Shown piece after piece: positions 36,921 through 46,592 of a DNA stretch of 64,000 nt (within the stretch, counting starts at the first letter, position 1; every line of letters starts with the position of its first letter). The DNA is from Candidatus Latescibacterota bacterium. Its GTDB lineage: Bacteria; Latescibacterota; UBA2968. The position numbers and the translations under genes were made by a program. The notes below the pieces were generated by a model. That model was not told the origin of the DNA. It did not search any database and saw only the letters and a program-made list of their open reading frames with translations. Location of the stretch: the NCBI GenBank assembly GCA_965198115.1, contig OZ240241.1:192001-256000 (forward strand). The letters are read 5' to 3'.

Positions 36921-37036
36921 AACCACGGAGAGCACGGAGGTCACGGAGGAACCATAAACCCCAAGTCAGTGCTGGGCCCAGCATTCGGGTTCACCCGCCA
37001 ACCACTCATTTGAATTTCTCCGTGTTCTCCGTGGTT
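36921..37036. repeat. 116-bp mini-element bounded by inverted 9-mer arrays
   Basis: Left aacCACGGAGAG CACGGAGGT CACGGAG; right ctccgtg ttctccgtggtt; 11-bp perfect terminal IR AACCACGGAGA/TCTCCGTGGTT; fills nearly the whole gap between the two dipeptidase genes. Confidence 0.85.
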
Positions 37037-38175
37037 CAGTTCTTCCAGGTTTCGTGGAAAAAGCGAATGAGGTTGCCGTGGGCGACTTTGGAGACGTCGT
37101 TCTCGCTGTAGCCGGCATCGCGCAGGTTGTCGAGAAAGATCTGGAGGTCGTCGATCGTGTTGTAATCGACGGGCGAGAGCTCGCGGCCGAAGCCTCCGTC
37201 GAGGTCAGTGCCGAAGGCGACGTGATCGGTGTTGCCTGTGAGCTGACAGATATGGTCGATGTGCTCGACGCCCGCTCTCATGGTGCGTGTCGCGTTGGTA
37301 TAGTGCGTGTTGGGATCGTCCCAATCCCAGGTCGGGCTGAGCATCTGCTCGGCGAAGACGGTGCCGATGACGCCTCCGCGGTCGGTGATGGCCTTGATCA
37401 TGTCGTCGGACAGGTGGCGCTGACCTCGGGTGAGGGCGCGGCAGTTGCAGTGACTGGCGTGGACGGGGCCGTCCCAATAGTCGAGGATCTGCCAAAAGGC
37501 GAGGTCGGCTGCGTGGGAGAGGTCGATGGCGATGTCGGTCTCGCGCAGCGCGTCCATCAGTGGGAACGCGGGCGGATAGAGTCCACCGACGGTGCCTGTG
37601 CCATGCCCGTAGGTGTTCGCGCCGAAGTGCGTGAGTGAGACCGAGCGCAGCCCATGTTCGTACCAGAATGCGACGTTGTCGGGCCCCAAAATCGGATCGG
37701 CGCTCTCCATCGTGAGAATGAGACCGACGGGTGTGACGTCCGTTGGGTTGTGCCACGCCGCGGCGGATGTGTCGAGGTCGGCCTTGGATTTTATCCAGAA
37801 GATTTCGCCAGCCTGCTCGAGGGCTTGATAATAATGAAGGTGTGACCGTCCGCGGGCGTGGGCAACGGCTTGCGTCCGGACAGCGTTGTGCATCCCCTCA
37901 CCAGCCGGTGCCTGCACACGAGCCATGATAGTCGTGAGCATGATGCCGATCCGGCCCTTGCGCATTTCCGGCAGGCTGACGGTGACCGTCACGGTTTTGT
38001 CAGACCAGGGGCCTTTGCGTCTTTCCAGCGAGTCGGGATGCTGCGAGATGCCCGAACGCACGGCATCCTCTCGCGCCCGGAGAACGTGGATGGGTTGTGT
38101 CAGATCGCGGCGGTTGTAGAGCGCGTTGTAGGCCATGTCGAGATGGCCGTCGATGATGAGGATTGGGTTACTCAT
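37036..38175 (-). CDS. Membrane dipeptidase (peptidase M19), paralog 2
   Basis: IDGHLD, MESADPI, IDLSH, ASHCNCR, FGTDLDGGF, GNLIRF. Confidence 0.9.
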   Translation of the reverse strand: MSNPILIIDGHLDMAYNALYNRRDLTQPIHVLRAREDAVRSGISQHPDSLERRKGPWSDKTVTVTVSLPEMRKGRIGIMLTTIMARVQAPAGEGMHNAVRTQAVAHARGRSHLHYYQALEQAGEIFWIKSKADLDTSAAAWHNPTDVTPVGLILTMESADPILGPDNVAFWYEHGLRSVSLTHFGANTYGHGTGTVGGLYPPAFPLMDALRETDIAIDLSHAADLAFWQILDYWDGPVHASHCNCRALTRGQRHLSDDMIKAITDRGGVIGTVFAEQMLSPTWDWDDPNTHYTNATRTMRAGVEHIDHICQLTGNTDHVAFGTDLDGGFGRELSPVDYNTIDDLQIFLDNLRDAGYSENDVSKVAHGNLIRFFHETWKN

Positions 38176-38191
38176 ATGAGCTTAGAAACGA

Positions 38192-38385
38192 AACCACAAA
38201 TGAACACGAATGAACACGAATGTCGATACTCCTGCAGATCGAGGCCCGAATCGGGAAGCCCGTCGGTGGTGCGGCGCAGTTAAAACCTTTGGAACCACAG
38301 ATGAACACAGATGCACACGGATGCGTGGCACGACTGAACACCGTGGCCCGAATCGGGAAAACTGATCGAGATGAACCTTAACCTT
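38192..38385. repeat. Two ~101-bp tandem units of conserved blocks alternating with 18-22-nt variable segments
   Basis: Each unit is a 10-mer triad (CACARATGAA type), variable 20/21 nt, GGCCCGAATCGGGAA, variable 22/18 nt, TTAA(AA)CCTT. Confidence 0.8.
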
Positions 38386-38436
38386 CAGGATACCCTACGT
38401 CGATGAGATCGCCTCCGGAATGTTCTTGCTGTCTGT

Positions 38437-39213
38437 TTACGTTCGGCTCATTTGGGCCAGCACTTTGGAGACTTTGCCGGCGAGGTCGTCGGGGTCGAAC
38501 GGTTTGACGACGATACTGGAAACGCCGAGAGAAATCGCCTCTGTGACGGTGGCTCGATCGGACTTGCTGGTCATGATAATGACTGGAATCTCGGCGAGCG
38601 CATCGATCTCCAAAATCTTCCGGACCATGTCGAATCCTGACATCCCGGGCAGGCCTAGACCGAACAGGAACAGATGCGGCGGGTCTCGTTCGGCCGCCGC
38701 CAGTGCCGCTTCGGGATCAGGGTAAGTCAACAAGGTGATGGGGTGTCGCGATAACGCAGTCTCGACCAGCCGTAAGGTCACAGGGTCATCGTCGACGGCG
38801 ATAACGGAGCCTCCGATGGTCCTGCCTTCCGGAATCGGCTGGTCCGGGAGCAGGGCTGTCAGTGTCTCCTGGAGCTTCTGCAGCTTGACGGGTTTGACGA
38901 GGAAACCGTCCGCATCCCGATCCTGAAGCATTGCCGCGCCCTGGTCGTCAACGTAGCCGGTGAAGACGACGACCTTGATACGTTCATCGTTCTCTCGGAT
39001 CCATTCTAGCAGTTGCCAACCGTTCAGGCCAGGCATCATCAGGTCGGTGATGACGAGGTCGATGTGGGCCGACCCCAGCACTTCGATGGCGCTTTCGGCA
39101 GATGGGGCTTCGAGGACCTGGTAGCCACTCCGCCGGATCATTTCGCCGACAGCTGCCCGGACCTCGAGTTCGTCGTCGACAACGAGGACGACTTTCGACG
39201 CGACGTCGCTCAT
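38437..39213 (-). CDS. Response regulator with two receiver domains and no output domain
   Basis: REC1 LVVDDE..LVITDLMMP..FTG..KP; REC2 AVDDD..LFLFGLGLP (phospho-Asp replaced by Gly)..MTS..KPF. Confidence 0.88.
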   Translation of the reverse strand: MSDVASKVVLVVDDELEVRAAVGEMIRRSGYQVLEAPSAESAIEVLGSAHIDLVITDLMMPGLNGWQLLEWIRENDERIKVVVFTGYVDDQGAAMLQDRDADGFLVKPVKLQKLQETLTALLPDQPIPEGRTIGGSVIAVDDDPVTLRLVETALSRHPITLLTYPDPEAALAAAERDPPHLFLFGLGLPGMSGFDMVRKILEIDALAEIPVIIMTSKSDRATVTEAISLGVSSIVVKPFDPDDLAGKVSKVLAQMSRT

Positions 39214-40040
39214 CAGCCGTAAGCGCCCTTTTTGTGTCGACCCAGCAATCGTTGGAGGCGTTCGTCGGCTCCCTCCCACACGTGCGCGGGCATCTGATAG
39301 TCTATAAAGGGGTAGAATCGCTGGGCGATGTAACGCTTGCTGTAGGTTACGCCGGCCAGTAGTCGCAGTTGATCCATCGTGTTGACGGACCCGCGATGCC
39401 AAACCTGGTTGTCGAACATGTAAGCGTCACCGGCCTTGGCGAAGATTGAAACGGGCCCTCGTCCTCGAAATGTCGGCTCGTCGATGTTCCTTTCAGGTCC
39501 GCGGCCGGCATAGTGGCTACCCGGAACGACTTGTGTCGGCGCCTTGTCGGGTGTGTCCATGTCCATCACGGCGGTGAAAATCTGCAGAACGTTGCACGGC
39601 GGTGGGATATCGGTCGGGTGCCCGTCGCATTCTTCCGGGACCGGGTGTTGAACGAGGTCATCAAGATGCCACCCGCCGCCGACGCCTGGCTCGTTCACGA
39701 GGGCATTCTGGGCCATCACGTGACAATTCTCACCCAGCACGGTTTCGGCGATCGTTGGGAACGGCTCTCGGACGATCAGGTCCCTGAACGCGCGGTCGTA
39801 TTCGAACATCCTCATCATACTTCGGCCACGGATGTGATCCCCAGCCTCGTCCTGTCGGATCGCTGGGTCCGACCACTTCCGTTCCATCCCCTCTTTCAAC
39901 GCCGCGACCTCGTCGTCGTCCAGCACCGGGCCCAGACAGTAGTAGCCATCTTTGTTGAGCGCGTTCTGGATGTCTCGGAGGGTGGCGGTGTCGGGTGGCG
40001 TTCCAGCTTTGATGGCGGGTGATGCTGTAGAAAGGGCCAT
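39213..40040 (-). CDS. Phytanoyl-CoA dioxygenase (PhyH) family 2OG/Fe(II) oxygenase
   Basis: KDGYY, WHLD (HxD), VVPGSH, WHRGS.N. Confidence 0.88.
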   Translation of the reverse strand: MALSTASPAIKAGTPPDTATLRDIQNALNKDGYYCLGPVLDDDEVAALKEGMERKWSDPAIRQDEAGDHIRGRSMMRMFEYDRAFRDLIVREPFPTIAETVLGENCHVMAQNALVNEPGVGGGWHLDDLVQHPVPEECDGHPTDIPPPCNVLQIFTAVMDMDTPDKAPTQVVPGSHYAGRGPERNIDEPTFRGRGPVSIFAKAGDAYMFDNQVWHRGSVNTMDQLRLLAGVTYSKRYIAQRFYPFIDYQMPAHVWEGADERLQRLLGRHKKGAYG

Positions 40041-40175
40041 GGCGTGCTCTGGTTGTGACGGGTTCGGGGGGGCAGCGTATCTTAGTCGGCAAACCTTTTG
40101 CCGAACAGGCGGAAGAGTACGAGCGGGATTCCGTGAACTCAAGCAGATTCTGCAACCTTGATGCGGGAGACGGGA

Positions 40176-40919
40176 ATGGATCTGGACGGAAAAGTCGCCA
40201 TCGTGACGGGTGGAAACGGTGGGCTCGGGAGACGGATCTGTCTCGCATTGGACCGGGCAGGATGCCGCGTGGCTGTACTCTACAATCAGGACGATGAAGA
40301 GTCCGGGGCCGTGGCGTTTGCCTCGGGTCTCCGTGACGCACGGTCGTTTCAGGTCGAGCTGAGGGATGTCGAGAGCGTCAACAGCATGGTCACCACGGTT
40401 CACAAGGCATTCGAACGGGTCGATATCCTGATCAACGATGCCGCCTTCAACCAGTGGATTCCGTTCGATGATATCGACGCGATGACCTACGAAATCTGGG
40501 ACAAGATTCTGGACATCAACTTGAACGGTCCGATGCGGTGCATCAAGGCGGTGGCGCCGCTGATGAAGGAGGTGGGGGGCGGTCGGATCGTGAACATTTC
40601 CTCAACCGCCGGTTTCGGCCCCACCGGGTCGTCGGTTCCCTACGCCACGTCGAAGGCCGGCCTGAACCATCTCACGAAATGTTTTGCCGTCGGACTCGCT
40701 CCGACGATTCTGGTCAACGGTGTGGCGCCCGGGTATATCGAGGGCACGCACACGACGGAACAACTAGATCCAGCCTATCGGGCAATTGCGAAGGACATCG
40801 TTGCGCTCAAGCGAGCGGCGGACAAGGACGACATTGCCAAGCAGGTGGTGCTGTTCTGCGAGACGGAGAGTGCGACGGGACAGACGGTGGTGATTGATGG
40901 GGGCAGATACTTCAGGTAA
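40176..40919 (+). CDS. Short-chain dehydrogenase/reductase
   Basis: TGGNGGLG, INDAA, NISS, YATSK, VNGVAPG. Confidence 0.92.
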   Translation: MDLDGKVAIVTGGNGGLGRRICLALDRAGCRVAVLYNQDDEESGAVAFASGLRDARSFQVELRDVESVNSMVTTVHKAFERVDILINDAAFNQWIPFDDIDAMTYEIWDKILDINLNGPMRCIKAVAPLMKEVGGGRIVNISSTAGFGPTGSSVPYATSKAGLNHLTKCFAVGLAPTILVNGVAPGYIEGTHTTEQLDPAYRAIAKDIVALKRAADKDDIAKQVVLFCETESATGQTVVIDGGRYFR

Positions 40920-40928
40920 AAGTGCAAA

Positions 40929-42314
40929 ATGAGTAATAAACCCAACATTCTGTTCATTTTTGACGATCAGCATCGGTACGACTACCTGGGGGCTTCGGGG
41001 GCGACGTGGGTGAATACACCGAACCTCGATCGGATCGCTGCTCGCGGGATGAGGTTCACGCAGGCGACGACGAATGCGCCGGCGTGCGGTCCGTCGCGGA
41101 TGGCGCTGGCCACTGGGTTGCAGCCGCTGCGGGCGGGTGTGCTGAACAACGATTTCGGTCGGGCTCCTCACGGGTTGCCGACGCTCTATCAGCGGATGCG
41201 GGACCACGGATACCTGGTCGCGAGCTCGGGTAAGCTTCACCTGGGGCGAATCGGGGCGGCAGGGCCCAAGGGCGATCCACCAGGGACCTACGCCCTCGGA
41301 TTCACGCATCCGTTCGAGACCGAAGGCAAGATGTCGGCGGGGAAGGCCTCGGCCAGTGGCGCCGGTCCCTATACGCACTACCTGAAGGAAAAGGGATTGC
41401 TGGAGGCCTTTCTGGCCGACTACGGAAAGCGGATCGAGAATCAGTGGGCACGATCCAACTGGGATTCCGTCCTGCCGGCTGAAGATTTTCACGACGCCTT
41501 CATCGGACGGACAGCCACCGAGTGGATTCAGGACGTGCTGGAATCCCATCCCTGGATGATGTTCGTCAATTTCGTGGGGCCGCACAGCCCGTTCGATCCG
41601 CCTACAGAATACGCCGATCGATATCGAGACGCCGTCGTCCCGGACGTTATTCCGACGCGGATGGAGGGCAAGCCTGAATGGATCGAGACGCGCGACCACG
41701 GGCTGGCTCCTGACGCGGTAACCGAAGCCCAGCGTCAGTACTGCGGCGCCATCGAAGCGATCGACGATCAGGTGGGCGCGTTGCTGGATGTGCTCGAGGA
41801 ACGAGGGATGATGGATAACACCTACATCATCTTCTCGAGCGATCACGGCGAGATGCTGGGCGATTTTGGACTCTATGCCAAGTTTGTGGCCTACGAAGCC
41901 GCGCTGCGGGTGCCGCTGATCATCGCGGGGCCGGGGATCGAGGAGGGCACGGTTTCGGATTCGCTCATCGAACTGATCGACGTCAATCCGACGATTTGCG
42001 AGCTCGCAAGGTTAGATGCGCAGGAGCACATCGACGCGCGTTCGTTCGTCCCCATACTGAGAGGTGAGGCGACTTCGCATCGCAAAGAAGCCATCAGTAT
42101 GCTCGACAACTTCGTTTGCGTCCGAACGGGCGAACACAAGCTGATTCGGAACCACAACGACGTGCTCGAGCTGTACGATCTTCGGGAGGATCCCAGGGAG
42201 TTGCGCAACGTGGCGGGCGATCGACCGAGGATCGTGGAGGACATGCTTGGGAGACTCCAGGAGAGATCGCTCGGGTCGCGGAAGCTATCGGAAGGGATGC
42301 GGATTCGGATCTGA
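40929..42314 (+). CDS. Sulfatase (formylglycine-dependent, Cys type)
   Basis: KPNILFIFDDQHR, CGPSR, GKLH, GPHSPF, SDHGE. Confidence 0.92.
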   Translation: MSNKPNILFIFDDQHRYDYLGASGATWVNTPNLDRIAARGMRFTQATTNAPACGPSRMALATGLQPLRAGVLNNDFGRAPHGLPTLYQRMRDHGYLVASSGKLHLGRIGAAGPKGDPPGTYALGFTHPFETEGKMSAGKASASGAGPYTHYLKEKGLLEAFLADYGKRIENQWARSNWDSVLPAEDFHDAFIGRTATEWIQDVLESHPWMMFVNFVGPHSPFDPPTEYADRYRDAVVPDVIPTRMEGKPEWIETRDHGLAPDAVTEAQRQYCGAIEAIDDQVGALLDVLEERGMMDNTYIIFSSDHGEMLGDFGLYAKFVAYEAALRVPLIIAGPGIEEGTVSDSLIELIDVNPTICELARLDAQEHIDARSFVPILRGEATSHRKEAISMLDNFVCVRTGEHKLIRNHNDVLELYDLREDPRELRNVAGDRPRIVEDMLGRLQERSLGSRKLSEGMRIRI

Positions 42315-42315
42315 T

Positions 42316-42347
42316 TCAGTGACCAGTGAAATCTGACCAGTGACCAG
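42316..42347. repeat. 7-mer tandem array immediately after a stop codon
   Basis: TCAGTGA CCAGTGA ... CCAGTGA CCAG. Confidence 0.65.
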
Positions 42348-42361
42348 AAAGAGTCGGGTCT

Positions 42362-44327
42362 ATGGCAGAGCTACAACCTTCTGAGTTGACAGGTAGCGTG
42401 CGGGCCGAAACGCGGGCAGTGACGACGCGATCGGTCATCTGGGCGGTCTGCCTCATCGTGATCAGCGTGTGGTGGGACGAGTGGATGACCTACTACATGA
42501 GCGGCTCGAACATCAGCCGGAGCCACTTTCCCCTCGCCTTTCTCTTGCCGTTTCTCATCCTCTGTCTCCTGAACGCGATCGCACATCGATGTTGTCCTAG
42601 CAGAGCTTTGACGCGGCCAGAGCTGATGGTCGTGATGGTGACCGGTCTTGTCGCCATCTCAGTACCCTACGACGGCGTGACCGGCCACCTGATCAGTGTC
42701 ATCGCGGGGCCGTACTACTTCGCGACAGCGGAGAATCAGTGGGGCGCATACATCCACGATGCTATTCCGGTGGCTGGTGCCTTCGAACTCGCGTGGTGAG
42801 ATGGTTCTGTTTTTCGAGGGACTGCCGGCCGGTTACGCGATGCCTCTCGATGTCTGGCTGACACCGCTGCTATGGTGGTCGTGTTTGATCGCGGCGCTGG
42901 GCTTCACTGTTTTCTGCCTGGTCGTGATGCTCCGCAAGCAATGGATGCGGAACGAGCGACTTTCTTATCCCCTGATTGAAGCGGGCAGCCTTATCGCAGA
43001 TACGAGAATCGGCGGAGGACTGACAACCCAGCTGCGATCCCCGCTATTCTGGGTGGCCTTCGGAATCGTGATAGCCATCAAGCTGATGAACGTGGGTTCG
43101 TATTTCTCTCCCGCCTTTCCACGGCTGTCGATCGAGGGCGGCAACTTCCAGGCCCTTCCGGATTTCCCAAGACTGATCACGCGTGTCAGCTTTTACGCTA
43201 TCGGGTTCAGCTACTTCGCCAGACTGGATGTGCTTCTGAGCGTGTGGTTCTTCATCTTCATTACGGCGTGCGAGGTCTTTGTCTTCAACAAACTGGGTTA
43301 CAAGCTGGGCGCGGCTCCGAGTCAGTGGGGGAGTCAGGCACTGGGCTATCAGAGTCTGGGTGCTCTGATGTTCCTCGCGGGCTGGAGTTTGTGGATGGCA
43401 AGGCGTCACCTCGGGCAGGTCTGGGCGAAGGCGCTGCGAAACGACCCTGCCGTCGACGACAGCGAGGAACTTCTCTCGTATCGGACAACCGTTCTCGGAT
43501 TCGTATGTGCCTTCGTGTTCTGTGTCGGATGGCTGTTTGCGGCCGGTATGACGTGGTGGGTGATTTTCGTTTTTCTGACCGTTTCGTTGCTCGCTTTCAT
43601 CGGACTTTCCCGGGTCGTCGCCGAACTGGGTCTCGTCTACGTCTATTACCGTGTCCTGCCGACGCAATTCGTGCTTCAGACCTTCGGCGTTCAGATCCTG
43701 GGTGGAGCCAGCGTGGTTATCCTGGCCCTGACCCGCGGCATCGAGGGGATCGGAAAGGGCTTTATCATGCCCGCCTTTGCGCAGACGGTCAAAGCCGTCG
43801 ACGGTATCATCAAACCCCGCCGCGTGGCGCTCGTCCTGTTGCTCGCGATCGGGTTGGGCTACACGCTTTCGATCGCAGACACGCTCTACCTGGGCTATTC
43901 ACACGGGGCCTACAATCTGGGCAACATGGGTCTGAGGAAGGTCGGACCGCGTACTTTCAACGCGACGGTCAAAGAGGTGCTGAATCCGACGCCGTTCGGT
44001 GGGAAAGGAAGGATGCAGTGGGTCGGGGTCGGGATGTTTACGATGGCGATTCTGACGCTCGTGCGATATCGATTCCCCGCCTGGCCCCTGCACCCGATCG
44101 GGCTGGCGCTTCAGGGCAACTATGGTCTGACCAAGACGTGGATGTCGATTTTTATCGCTTGGTTCATCAAGGCGGTGTTGATGCGCATTGGGGGGGCCGC
44201 GCTCTACGAACGAGGAAAGCCCTTCTTCGTGGGGTTGATTGTAGCACAAGCCATCAGTACTGCGATGGTGTTTGTCGTGGATTGGATCTGGTTTCCGATG
44301 CAGGGACACAATGTGCACAACTATTGA
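42362..44327 (+). pseudogene. Large polytopic membrane protein (putative transporter, DUF6785/DUF6784-like) with one frameshift near 42768 (real or assembly indel)
   Basis: Many TM helices; YYFATAENQW, LRKQW...ERLSYPL, WPLHPIG, GGAALY...KPFFVGLI; two consecutive ORFs join at DAIP/RWLVP. Confidence 0.75.
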
Positions 44328-44356
44328 GAATCGAGGATCGAGAATCGAGTATTGAA
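44326..44356. repeat. 7-mer tandem array overlapping a stop codon
   Basis: GAGAATC GAGGATC GAGAATC GAGTATT GAA. Confidence 0.7.
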
Positions 44357-44410
44357 CAGCGCCACTGTGACGCTCGATCGTTGCTATGATGTGGTGTGTG
44401 TTGTTGTATC

Positions 44411-44439
44411 TTGCCCTGAAGGCGTGATTCTTGTAGAAT
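44411..44439 (+). promoter_or_regulatory. Sigma70-type promoter for tRNA-Pro
   Basis: TTGCCC-17 nt-TAGAAT, 14 nt upstream of the tRNA. Confidence 0.6.
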
Positions 44440-44453
44440 CAATCTACAATTGA

Positions 44454-44530
44454 CGGGGAGTGGCTCAGCCCGGTAGAGCACCTGCTTTGGGAGCAGGGGG
44501 CCGCAGGTTCAAATCCTGTCTCCCCGACCA
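44454..44530 (+). tRNA. tRNA-Pro (anticodon TGG)
   Basis: Acceptor CGGGGAG/CTCCCCG, anticodon arm CCTGC-TT TGG GA-GCAGG, GTTCAAATC, CCA. Confidence 0.96.
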
Positions 44531-44538
44531 GCAATTAC

Positions 44539-44573
44539 AACGGGTCGCGACGTGTTTGTCGTGACCCGTTTCT
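44539..44573 (+). terminator. Hairpin after tRNA-Pro
   Basis: aacgggtcgcgac-gtgttt-gtcgtgacccgtt followed by tct. Confidence 0.65.
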
Positions 44574-44739
44574 ATTCGGTCTAACGACTGCATAACGTAG
44601 GATGTCCGTGTTGGCTGAAGGACCCGGAGATGGGACTGAGTGGAGCGCATCCGGGTTGACACCGTTGATTCTTTATAGCCACATTCACCGTATCTGTTCT
44701 GCACGTATCCGACCAAACAGAAATCGTATACGAAGGAGA

Positions 44740-46079
44740 ATGGCCTTGGCATCTATTCCAAAGCACGTCGACTATTTAATGATCGGAGCGGGCGTTCACG
44801 GGTTGAGTACGGCGTGGCATCTGGCCAAAGATCTGAAAGCTGCGGGAAAGAGCGCGGATATTGCGGTTGTGGACAAGACGGGCGTTGCAGCGGGGGCGTC
44901 GGGGATCGCGTGTGGGGTCGTCCGCAATTTCTACTTCCAGCCGGCGATGGGTGCGGTGATGTTGGTTTCGTTCGACATCTGGGAAGCCGAGGCGGAGGCC
45001 CTGAATTTTCACAATTGTGAATACATCGCCGTCGTACCCGAACCACAGAACGCCGACATCGAGGCGATCTATGCCCGTCAGCAGGACGAGAATTCCCCTC
45101 GACGCTGGTCCAGGGTGAGCAGAAGGTCTTCGATCATATGCGAAAGATGTTTCCCGACTGGAAGGCGCGCGGTCTAACGTCACTTCTGCAGGAGCATCGC
45201 GGGGGGTTTGCCTTCAACAAGGAGGCGATCAACGGGCTCGCCGGACTGGCCCGTTCCGAAGGGGTGACCATCTATGATGGAGTTCAGATCATTGGATTCA
45301 AGTTTGGATCCGACAACACCGTGACACACGTGGAATCGACGGATGGAGACATCGAGGTCGGATGCGTCGTGAGCGGTGCGGGACCGTGGAGCGCTCGCGT
45401 CTGGGAGATGCTGGGTCTGTCCGATCGCGTCGATGTTCGAGACAATGATGGCGAGATGCACCTGGATCAGCCCCTGTGGACCTACTGGCGTCTGGAGGAG
45501 GGCGAGATCACGTTTCCCCTTTCCGACTACGCGACGTCAGACGGGAAAATGCCACCGGTTTTCCACTTCGACTCCCGCGAGACCCTGATCTCGGAGAAGA
45601 CTGGAGAGGTCCTGAGTGAGAAAGACGATCTTTGGGGCGTCTATTGGAAGAGTGACCGCGAGGGTGTACAGGGGGGTGCGGAGCCGATTCATCTCGGTGA
45701 AGAATGTAGTCTGGATCCATACGGGCCGGATAGCCCCGAACACGTCGTACGAGAGGACTTTGTCGAATTCTGGACCTCGGGGTTGGCCCACGCCATAGGA
45801 CGGTTCGAGGGGTCCTACCACAAGTACAATCGGATTCCCTCGGGAGGCGTCGGATGCTTCACGTTCGACAACTTTCCGATATTCGATTACGCACCAGGAA
45901 TCCCGAACGTCTATATGATTGCAGACAGCAACCACGGCTTTAAAATGATCGGTGTGGGGAAAGAGGTGGCGAAGGTGCTTGGGGGAGAATCGAGTTCGGT
46001 TTTGGATCCGTTTCGGTTCGCGCGGTTTGCGGAGGGGGATTTGCATCCGGTTTCGGGGAGTCCGTGGCCCTGGGGATGA
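44740..46079 (+). pseudogene. FAD-dependent oxidoreductase (DadA/sarcosine oxidase beta-like), frameshift near 45092 (real or assembly indel)
   Basis: IGAGVHGLSTAWHLA, GASGIACG, GAGPW, DSNHGFKM; one added base in aattcccc joins the two ORFs. Confidence 0.82.
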
Positions 46080-46092
46080 TGCCTGTTGGCGG

Positions 46093-46117
46093 TCCCCTCG
46101 CTTCGCTCGGGGCAGGC
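46093..46117 (-). repeat. Short REP-like palindrome related to copies A-F
   Basis: tCCCCTCGCTTCGCTCGGGGcaggc; shares the GGCAGGC tail with copy F. Confidence 0.6.
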
Positions 46118-46592
46118 TCCTGTCGGCGGTGGGGGGTAGAGGCTGCCACACCTCCTATCTCGCCCCAATGACGGTATCCTTTATCTCCTGCTAGACGCCT
46201 GTGGTAACTGCTCAGACTCTGTAAATCGTTGTTAATCAGGCTGTTGCGGTAGTCTCATCGCGATGGTTGGACGAGATTTCGGCCTGAGCTACTCTCAGAG
46301 AAACGGTGAGAGCGAACTTTGGTCAATAAAAACAAAGGGTTACGTCGATGTGGCGTGACTCTTCATTATTGAGGTGTCAATTTGGTGCAAGAATCGTCAA
46401 GGAGATGGTGTGATCAGGAGGAGGTTTTACCGATAGAATAGTAGACGATCATCGATATTCGCGGTCCCTCGCAGACTTTTGCCTCGAGTATCTACCTTTT
46501 TCTTTTTGGATAGGGTTGTATATTCAGAGGTGAGTTGCGAGTTCATTCTTCAACGTTGGGACCCGTTTCAGCCCTGAGGGAGGTGGTTCGTT

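Noticed and set aside
46351-46436. Sigma54-like (TGGCGT-N5-TTCA) and sigma28-like (ACCGATAG) promoters upstream of fliG
   Set aside because: The -12 GC is absent in the first and no correctly spaced -35 exists for the second.
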